Below, piece by piece: positions 42,924 through 52,400 of a stretch of DNA of 54,788 nt. Source of the DNA: an uncultured Verrucomicrobiota bacterium (GTDB lineage Bacteria; Verrucomicrobiota; Kiritimatiellia; CAYTQP01; CAZOLK01). The position numbers and the translations under genes are program-made. Below the pieces are notes generated by a model. That model saw only the letters and a program-made list of their open reading frames with translations, was not told where the DNA came from and ran no database searches. The number at the start of each line of letters is the position of its first letter. Positions within the stretch are counted from its first letter, which is position 1. The stretch spans positions 1 through 54,788 of the forward strand of contig CAZOLK010000005.1 of NCBI GenBank assembly GCA_964580325.1, read 5' to 3'.

Positions 42924-45329
42924 TTATTCAAACAATAGCAGGTAAATGGCATTTACCCTGTTTGTGCCCTGAAAAGGCTCTCGGCCCACCATGGTAACAA
43001 TATTTGAAAAATTATTATGCAATTTGTCAAACTTTTCCTCAAACTCCCAATTACCTGATTTCACCTGGGTCCGGTTGAACAACAAGGCACCTTCATGGTT
43101 GCTGATTCGCCCCACGACCGTCAATTCAACCAACTCATCATCAGATAAACTTGGTGCGCTCCAGCGCAAATAAGGGGTATGAAGATAAGCTTGACCCATG
43201 GAAGCGGAATACTCAAGAACATGAAAATCCTCAGGCAACCGTTCCTGGATATAAATGTTTGTAGCGGTATTCATCCTGTTTATCACCAACAAAATATAAG
43301 CCAGAATACCATTGGTGTTCACCACGGATTTACTGGCGCGTAAACTTTGAATGGTGAGATCCACTTCACTCATGCATGCATCACCGATAGAATCGCCATC
43401 ACCATCTTCCTGCCCAGGATTATAGACATAAACGCAATTATCGGTTACACTTGGAATGCCATCGCTATCATGATCGATTGCTGTTGAGATGACAGCCTGA
43501 TTGTTATACGACCTGTAATCGCTATCATCGGTAATAACCTCAGCCATGTTGGTCACAACAAAACAACAAAAAGGAGTTGCTCTAGCGTCAATAGTAACCG
43601 TGACAGGCGTACTGGTCAATACAGAGGTGATGGAACACCTAAGAACACCTTGGGAGTAACAACACATTCCCCGTGAACAAGCCGCAGATATAAATTCCAT
43701 TCCTTCGGGTAAAGAGTCGACAATTACCACGTCGTTCGCCATATCTGGACCATGGTTGGTGACGAAAAGCGTATATGATTGCACGGCATCGTTCGATAAA
43801 AGAGGTGATGATGCGCTTGTCGTCAAACTCAGGTCGACCTTGGTATCCGTCACTTCATTACTTATGGCCAAAGTATTATCGGCAAAGTAAGCATCGAGAG
43901 CCATGGATGTCACCTCAACTTTGCTGGTGAACACTCCCAACTGAGCGTTTTGAAGTCTTACCTGTATGTCGACTTTTAAATGACCGTGCGGAGGCAAAGC
44001 CTCATGAAAACACTCAAGCATATTGCCTTTATACGAATCGCACGAATCGAATTCTGATGTGACGGAAAGAATCTGAAATCCAGTGGGCATGATGTTTTTT
44101 ATCTGGACCCAGGAAGCAGTTTCCAGACTCTTGTTGGTCACGGTCAATGTAATATTGAACTCGTCACTGGCCTTGACATAATAGTCGGACATGGAATAAG
44201 ACACAGCCAGATCGGCGTAGACCATTTCTATGGCCGACAGCCATTTATTGGCCTGAGCGTCCTTAGTTGGATCAAGGCCCAGCGCCAGGTATCGGCCATC
44301 ATGTGACCAGCGCACGGCATGGACATCCGTGATCGAATCCAATCCCGCCATTTTGGTCAACGTCCTGCCAATGCGGTCGTAACGATAAATAATGCATTCC
44401 TGCATGGTATTGAATGGCTCATCTTGGGTATAAACAACAGCCAGCAGATCAGGAAAAGGAGATGCATACGGTATCCAGTGAAGCTCCATAGCCGATGAGC
44501 CGGACATCTCTTCACAGCGCAACTCCAACCGTTCAACGGTGTTATCCCAATAGTAAATTTGCAGAGGCGCCATAAAAGGACCTTCTTCACGGGCAACTGC
44601 AACTTGATCGTAACGATCTGACCAATCCACATCATTGACCTGCAAGTTGAACCTATCGTCAAAAACCATATGCAGATTAGTGCCGGCCACCTGCAGCACA
44701 GCAAGGTTCTGCAATCCGTAACGATACAAACCCACAGCAAAAACATCGCCATTGGGCCGCCAACTAAGGGCGCCCGACGATACATAATTCACTCCGGTCA
44801 AATCATAAGTGCCGCGCAATGCGGGATTCCGATCTAAATCATAGTATCTGAATATATCGGATGTGTCTGCAGTTCCAACCACAGCACGCATATTCGGATA
44901 GATGTCACGCCAGGCTATGGCTGTTGCCTTACATGTTACATTGGTTAAAACTGACAACGTGCGCTCCGAATCATCAAATTGAAATAAAGTCATCGCACCA
45001 CTAGCCAGCGAAGATTGGGCAACGAGCAGGTATTCATTGGATCCCGAATGCCATTGAACGTCATGACAGGTCTGGGGCAGATTTAAATCCATGGAATCCA
45101 ACAGAACCAACATATCATCTGTTTTGATGATTTGTAGCTCATGCGAACTGGCAGCCGAATCCAATCCAATGGCGATGTATTGATCATACCAGCTCCAGTC
45201 AATGGCAACCACTTCACCACCAGTATGATACGTACGAACCCTACTCTGAGCCAACACAATATCGGCAACCTGTAGGACTGACAAAATACAGGAAGCAAAA
45301 AGCAACCATTTCATTCTGCGTTCAGACAT
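42924..45329 (-). CDS. Secreted beta-propeller / DUF11-repeat / TSP3 protein
   Basis: 801 aa with the signal peptide MKWLLFASCILSVLQVADIVLA. The N-terminal ~370 aa carry WD/propeller-like repeats. DUF11-type repeats are present (LTVTNKS..IMPTGFQILS; LFVTNHGPDMANDVVIVDSLPEGMEFIS). There is a canonical TSP type-3 motif, DSDGIPSVTDNCVYVYNPGQEDGDGDSIGDAC. Confidence 0.8.
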   Translation of the reverse strand: MSERRMKWLLFASCILSVLQVADIVLAQSRVRTYHTGGEVVAIDWSWYDQYIAIGLDSAASSHELQIIKTDDMLVLLDSMDLNLPQTCHDVQWHSGSNEYLLVAQSSLASGAMTLFQFDDSERTLSVLTNVTCKATAIAWRDIYPNMRAVVGTADTSDIFRYYDLDRNPALRGTYDLTGVNYVSSGALSWRPNGDVFAVGLYRYGLQNLAVLQVAGTNLHMVFDDRFNLQVNDVDWSDRYDQVAVAREEGPFMAPLQIYYWDNTVERLELRCEEMSGSSAMELHWIPYASPFPDLLAVVYTQDEPFNTMQECIIYRYDRIGRTLTKMAGLDSITDVHAVRWSHDGRYLALGLDPTKDAQANKWLSAIEMVYADLAVSYSMSDYYVKASDEFNITLTVTNKSLETASWVQIKNIMPTGFQILSVTSEFDSCDSYKGNMLECFHEALPPHGHLKVDIQVRLQNAQLGVFTSKVEVTSMALDAYFADNTLAISNEVTDTKVDLSLTTSASSPLLSNDAVQSYTLFVTNHGPDMANDVVIVDSLPEGMEFISAACSRGMCCYSQGVLRCSITSVLTSTPVTVTIDARATPFCCFVVTNMAEVITDDSDYRSYNNQAVISTAIDHDSDGIPSVTDNCVYVYNPGQEDGDGDSIGDACMSEVDLTIQSLRASKSVVNTNGILAYILLVINRMNTATNIYIQERLPEDFHVLEYSASMGQAYLHTPYLRWSAPSLSDDELVELTVVGRISNHEGALLFNRTQVKSGNWEFEEKFDKLHNNFSNIVTMVGREPFQGTNRVNAIYLLLFE

Positions 45330-45351
45330 AATGCTCCCCGTATCCCCGTAT

Positions 45352-45380
45352 ATAAAAAGTGCTCAGCAAAACTGAGCACT
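45352..45380 (-). terminator. Rho-independent terminator after the lipoprotein gene
   Basis: On the minus strand, agtgctcag-ttttg-ctgagcact forms a 9-bp perfect stem (45358-45380) followed by ttttatata. It lies 33 nt after the lipoprotein stop and only about 22 nt before the ATG of the next gene. Confidence 0.65.
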
Positions 45381-45412
45381 AAAACTAAATCGAATACCAT
45401 AAGAACAGCGAA

Positions 45413-46273
45413 TTAACCGCCCTCACCACCACCACCGGAAACGCTAATCATACTTGCACCAGCAGGACGTGCAATGCCATCTACCGTCGCCTGAGAACCA
45501 CCTTCTTCCAACCATACACCTTCCAGTCGATATTGTGTATTGGCTTCGGTCAACATGTACTCAGTGCTTGTTATCGTCTGTGTCAGATCATCTGTAATAG
45601 CGTTTGAGGAGTTTAGCACCTGACGATCCGTTGTGATATCGATAACCTCACCTGTGGTTTTGTTCTTGGTAATGGTTACCGTTTCAATAATCGTCGTATT
45701 TCCTTGCTGCGTAGTCGTCGTTTCGATTATGGTGATACTCTGCCCATCATCTTCAGTCTGCGTTGTCATCGTATTATTGTTATCTGATGTTGATGTAGTA
45801 TTCTGTTCAGTGAGCGATTCATCAAGAGTTCGTGTAACCGTTTCGCCCTTGATGTCACTCACGGTTACAGCGTGTACGGAACCTACAAATGAAATCGGCC
45901 TTCCATTATTGCCTTTCATGGTCATCTGCGCGGCAGCGACTTCAATACCTGCCTGAATAGTACCGCTGCTGGCGATACTGTTAGGCGCACCAACGGTACC
46001 GCTGTATTTTGTACCATTGTTATCCGTCGCTTCTATCGAATTACCCGTCTGGCTGATCACTAAAGTATTGATAGGCGCTTGAGAACCGCCTTTTACAAGC
46101 GATCCATCGGAATGAGCGCCACGGTACACACCTGAGAAGTTAATATTGATACCGGCCCCGCCAGACGTGTTAAACGATGCGCCAGACCCACCGCTAGACC
46201 ATTCACAGCCAGTGATAAAAGCCATACTCGAAATCAGAACCACTATTAAGGTTACTTTTACAATACCATTCAT
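45413..46273 (-). CDS. Lipoprotein with Thr-rich insert (paralogue of 31058..31570)
   Basis: 286 aa with the lipobox AFITGC, and GAGGAG upstream of the ATG. It shares blocks with the 170-aa lipoprotein. The central region is Thr/Asn/Ile-rich low complexity. Confidence 0.75.
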   Translation of the reverse strand: MNGIVKVTLIVVLISSMAFITGCEWSSGGSGASFNTSGGAGININFSGVYRGAHSDGSLVKGGSQAPINTLVISQTGNSIEATDNNGTKYSGTVGAPNSIASSGTIQAGIEVAAAQMTMKGNNGRPISFVGSVHAVTVSDIKGETVTRTLDESLTEQNTTSTSDNNNTMTTQTEDDGQSITIIETTTTQQGNTTIIETVTITKNKTTGEVIDITTDRQVLNSSNAITDDLTQTITSTEYMLTEANTQYRLEGVWLEEGGSQATVDGIARPAGASMISVSGGGGEGG

Positions 46274-46376
46274 CTATTTCTCCTCTATTTCACATAATTG
46301 TTCAGATTCTAACTAAATGCGTCAAATCCGTCAAATAATTTTTCATAAAATTCAGCTTAAATAAATGTTAATCAAT

Positions 46377-46400
46377 CCGCAAGCTTTTTTTTGCTTGCAG
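46377..46400 (-). terminator. Weak hairpin after the giant gene
   Basis: ccgcaagc / gcttgcag arms surround a T8 loop, 18 nt downstream of the giant-gene stop. There is no clear U-tract. Confidence 0.25.
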
Positions 46401-46417
46401 ACCTATTTTGTGGTTTT

Positions 46418-49400
46418 TTATAGGCCGCTTTCAAGAATAATTCGATAGTAACGTGGAGTTTCACCAGAATAATCAGCAAACTGTTCCTTAAAGTTAGCTG
46501 CAGTCAAACGGTACAGGAATGACCACTGTGGATTCAGCAAGCTGGTGGTATACTCGATCCGATAACGCAATCCCGGGATTGCATCAAACTGAATCAAAGC
46601 CGGCATGCCTGGAATCACATCGATATTCGGTTTCTGATCCAAGTTCAAATTACCGAGGTTGCCCTCAGGCGTGGATGGCGTGATGGAAAAGTCCCACGTC
46701 TCCCACCAACTTCCCACACGATAGTTACCAACAGGCAATAAACCGAAATGGAAGGAATCCTGACTGTCAGTTACAGTTTGACCCAGAATCGCCCCGAGAT
46801 AATTCTGACCGAACAGTGCTACTTCCGTCTGCGACGATATATTCGTGAACGTACCAGATATCTCACCGCCTTGAACGATAGCAACATCATCTATATACCA
46901 ACCACCAGCCGTACCTTCGTTATCAGAGTTTAAAATGAAGCGGAAGAAAACATTGGTTTCATTAGCCAATATATTCAACGGTACAATCATCCTGCGCCAT
47001 TTGCCATGGGTGTTGTAATTGTTGTTACGTTGGGGAACAACCGTAATTATCGGCAATGCCTGCGCACCCGTGCCACGAATACGTTGCCACACATCAGCCT
47101 GCGATCGAGGTCGGATCGCGTCCACCCAAATCGTATCGTTGGCATCGGCCAAGTCAACCCATTCATGGAAGATCAGATAGTATTGTGAATTGTAAGTATT
47201 CGCGGTTGAATTTTCTGATGGTATGTTGAGATTGATAAGGGGCGTAAGCAATTCCATTCTTGCGTTATTTGGATAGGTCCCATCAAGATCCGTTCCATAA
47301 CAAAAACGTCCGCTATATGCATAGGTCGGAATTGCGTTTGAGTCAAGTGAAATGGATGGATGTGGAACGCCTAAACGCCACTCATCCTCCAAAGTATTCG
47401 GATTCTCTCCACCAGCCCGATGATACCACAGCTCATGTTGCTCCGTCATTAAAGCCTGTACACCCAGCATATTCAATGTTGAATAGCTGTAATATACTTG
47501 ATCGAAAGAATCGTGATACCACTCAACCGGCAAACCGTTGTAACTCGCCCAATCTCCTTCCTCGTGGCGACAGGTTTCAAAGTTGGCAACTGAATTACGA
47601 GCAACGAACGACGATGTAGGTACAGGTCCAATCCTTTTCGCGGCAAAAGGCACGGTTTCCAGAACTTTGTCCGGTTCTACATTCCTGTTAATGCTAGGAT
47701 TTCGACCAGCGGGCATTCCGCCCAATTCGTGCTCGACCCCGTCGTCTACCAGATCGAAATCGGTATCTTTTCCAGTAGGTAATGCGCCGGCAAGGCCGCC
47801 AAAGAGGAATATGCTCGATATTGGTCCTCGTTTGATAGTGGGTTCCGGCCATTTCACCATGAGAGCATTTGGAGCAAACGTCATTGTAGAATAGGCTCGT
47901 GGTGAAGGTGCATTTTGATATTGGCCATGCGGATACATGAGAACCCATTTTGAATTAAACGTATCGAAGCACCATGTATCGTTGAAGTAGGTGTTGCCAT
48001 CCGTTCCGCCATATAAGATAACCCAACTGCTATCAAGGAAATACCTGAAATCTGTACCGTCGGGTGTGCCATCGTAATTTGAACGGTTGTAATCATTGGC
48101 CCCCCAATAGACCATGGATGCACCACCTCGTGGCTGCGGCCGCTCCGGGTTGAAGAATGCTACTATTTTGCTCCAGTTCTGTTCCGCCATGGAATATTGC
48201 CACAGATCGTTCAGAGGTTTATGCGATTCATCAAAACCACCAAACATAAGAACGCGACCGTTCAAACTATCATAGGTCATACTATGCGCATAACGAGCGG
48301 GTGGTCTTGTTATTGTATTTATCAGTTCAAACGTAACATTATTTGGGTTGGGTAAGGGGTCTTCTTCATTCCAAGTCACGTTACCTTCCCAAGTATCGTT
48401 CATAATGTAATTTCCGTTGATACCGCCAAATAAAACCATTTTGGCGTCGCCAGCGTCTCTGATTTCAGACGTCGGTGGTATGGCGACAAGCCCATAACTT
48501 TTACGGCTGAACGCAGTGAAACTAGCTGTAGCACCGACCGTTGTTGTTGAGTTTGAGCCCGTACCTACGCTAGTAGTTATAAGAGAGGCTATATACCCTG
48601 AATACAACATAGCGTCGTAATTATAAGCAGGACGATATGCTACGCCAAGAACGGTACCATTTGGTGATATTTCATAGTCCGTGGTTGCATTGGTAGCTAC
48701 AAAAATGAAACCGATCTCATTGCCAATGGTCCAATTAGGATGATTTATAATATTCACGAACTCCGTTGTGATGTCTAGTGACAAGTTGTCTGGCGTTGTA
48801 TTGTCAACAGTAAATGAAACCGGGCCAGCAGTGAACCAGCCTGCCAAGCGCGCCGATGGTTCTGTTGAGTCGGTTGCTGATGAATAGTTTGTCCAAGAGA
48901 AACCATCACCAGGATGAATCTCAAGATACAAATCTGTATCAACAGGTACAGATGGTTTTCGCCCAATGGATATAATGAGTTGTACGTTGGCAATCTCTTC
49001 ACAAACACTATTGAATGCAGTGTCTGTAAAGTTCATAGCCGCCAATCCAGTAGTAGGCCGCGGAACAACGATCGTATCTTCACCAACCTTCTTTTCGATA
49101 AATACTGTTCCAGCACCGACAATGCAAAGAGGTGGTCTTTCGTTCACCACATTAAGGGTGGGAACGCCATTTGTGGCAAAATCTCTGTACTCTGTAACGC
49201 CAATGGCATTCAATTCTATGCCCAATCGCGATTCAGCAAGAGACAGGAGATCATCCTGTGATTTGTAGAAGGGACCAAATGTGTTGTAAGCATGCTTAGC
49301 AGTCCAACCGCCATGCATATACATCCAATCTACACTACCGCTGTTTAACCATGGACGCCACTTTGGGGTGCCCATATATATTTCCGAGTAACAGTAATTT

Positions 49401-52400
49401 AGCGGGGTATTCACTGGTTTGTCAGGATTGCCGCACGGGCAATCGGTGCCCCTGCCATAGATAAAAAACGGCACGGCACGTAATTCGGAGAGTCCGTCAT
49501 AACCCATACTCCGCAAGTTAACACCGCTGCTACGCCATAAATTATCACGTACGACATATTCATAGATATCACTATGACGGTATTGCCCATCGCGACCACC
49601 GACTACGATGAATTTACGATTGTCCATTAATATCAACGGCGCACAAGAAAAGTCGCCTAAGGTGGCTAAACCAGTACTGGTAAACTTATCGCATTTTCTT
49701 TCAAAGACAGGATTGTAGCATGAACTGGCTCCCCAGCGTGGCAGGGGGGGGGTACCTTCTGGATTGAGCTGAACCCAAACTGGATAGGGTATACCTTCAA
49801 TCGGCCACATCTGCCATAGATCGCCCACAGCCCGGTCGTAATGGCTCGTCTGTTCACTCACCAGATATTTCCATTGAACAACATATGCATCCACGAATTG
49901 AGTCGATGTATTGGCATACCAATCGCCATTGGGTCTCATGGTCAAATAAGTACGCGCTCCGTCAGGTTGAGAGATCTCTACAAAACGTGAGTAATTTGTT
50001 ATAGGTGCTCCATCGATCCAGGTCCAGGAAGAAGGATTGGTGGTTGTATTGAATCCACCAAGGGCTATGATATTTGCGCCTGGGATCATGTAATTGCTTA
50101 CAATCAAGCCCGTCTGATCTCCCTTTAGCACGGCCAGATCAGCGATGGCGTTGGGTACGGAGGGGTGCTGTTGACTTTGCGCCAATTGGCGCGCTTGAAA
50201 CCAGACCAGATTTGTACACCGGAAAACAGCAAAATCATTGGTCAATCTCTTTACGGATGTGTCGATTTCACCCCAGCGTGCGGACGTATCTGACGCATCG
50301 GGCAATCGATCATAGTCGCTATCCTGCTCCAAAGCATGGGAGCGGTAAACACGATCTTCCTCGCCATCGGCCAGACTATCATTATCGGTGTCAGGATTCC
50401 AAGGATGTGTACTTGTACTATAAATGATGTTTGAAATTCCACCAAGCGAAAATCGAATGTTGTATTCTCGAAGATTCCACAAACCATCGCGATCCATATC
50501 ACCATTCACCCCTACAGATGGATATCGAACAACGGTAATGTAGGAGATGCGGGATTCATCTGCGAGATCTCTGACCTCAATGGGATCGCGAGGATGCAAA
50601 CCGTGCATCGCTTCCCAACCGTCCGGCATACCGTCGCCATCGGAATCGGGATTAAAGGGATCAAGGTAATAGTCCCAGTAAAGCTGATTCAAACCATAGC
50701 TCGGATCCGATGTAAACAAGCTGGGATGCAATCCATAAAGTTGATTACGGATCAAAAACTCCTGCAAATTGGTCAAACCATCATTGTCAGGATCTTCGTC
50801 TGCATCCGTAGGATCAGATGGATTCAGCGTGGTCTCCCGTTCGCGGCCCAGATAATCAAGCACTTCAAAGTTATCAGGCATACCATCACCATCGGTATCC
50901 CAATCCGTTGGACCATCAACCATACCATCGTTATCCATATCGCCACCAGCCCACTGCGGGAAAAAACCTCCGTCGGGTATGCCATCGAGATCTCTATCCC
51001 ATACTTCACGCCCGTCCAACAGTATATCGCCGTCTGTATCAGGATTGTTTACATCGGTCATAAACACAACAACTTCCTGGAAATCGTCCAAGTAGTCACT
51101 ATCCGTATCCGTCATGGTTGGGTTGGCGCCAGCGATGAATTCAGCCAGATTTATCAGTCCATCTCCATCCAGATCCTGATTTGCATCATTGGTATGGGGA
51201 TTAAGCCCATAGAAGAATTCCCATCCATCACTCATTCCATCCCCATCCGAATCAATATCGGTCGGATTGGTCCAGTCGTTTGTATTGGGTTCACCATCAA
51301 TACCGAGGAATTCCTTGAAATTGCTCCATTCATCGAAATCGGGATCTTCATCAGCTCCACCACAGGCAATGGGATCAAGAATACGGTTTGTCGTGCCTGG
51401 TGTAGTCAACGACGCCATAAACTGATAGGTGTATTCAAAACCATCCCACATGGTGTCATCATCAGTATCGACATTATCAACCATCATATCCGACAGCACC
51501 CGTTCATTACGTGTATGCGATTCATTGATTGAACGTTCCTCGCTACCAAAAGGCTGAATGTTTTTCATAATAGTCAAAGCTGGATTCGGGGAAGGCATGG
51601 GATCGTTGTAATAGCTTTTGACTTCCGCTTCAAAACGATCACACGTTATCGCAGCAACCACTCGACCTGTACCGAAATTGTCAATACCATCCAAATAGCG
51701 ACCAGAGAAAAGAACCGCCAAGGAACTCGCTCCGATCTCAATATTCGTGTGGTAAGTGTAGGAAAGTCCAAAACGCATAGAGCCATCATAGCCGACTTCA
51801 AGATTATCCGTCAGCGTATCTTTATCGGTGTCAGCATCGAAGGGATTCGAACGCATACCGAATTCTTTAAACAACTCGAATTCGATTAGATTACTCAAGG
51901 TATCGCTATCAGGATCGTCCTCACGATGATAGAGGAAAATATTGGTATAGCCAATTTGTTCAGTTACGTCGCCAACAAGATCGTAATCCCTATCTGCGTC
52001 ATGAAGCACGAAATTGATTACCGCGGTTGCATTGGCGAACACTCGAACTTTGATAATAGGGGAAACATAATAACCGTCCTTCTCCAAATGGAAATGATGC
52101 ACACCCGGCAACAGATCGCTGACCATACTAGGGCTCGTTGATGAGTGCAATGTTCCATTGACATAAATCAAAGCATTGGAGATGACATTGCCGAATACGT
52201 CTTCCGCACGAATATCCACATTGCCAGAATTGGCATACTGCTCATTATCAAAATAGACATAGGTTTGTTTGGCTGGAAGTATAGTGAAAGGCTTAAGTGC
52301 AATACGTTTCTCGTTAGTCATGACCAAGGATGCATAATGCTCACCCACATTCATATGGAATTGAGCTGGCGTAACATAATCGGTCTCGAATCCATTGATC

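Noticed and set aside
50594-51532. 312-aa + strand ORF inside the giant gene
   Set aside because: It is antisense to the Asp/Gly-rich TSP3 repeat region, which automatically yields a long Ile/Pro/His-rich open frame. No independent coding signal.
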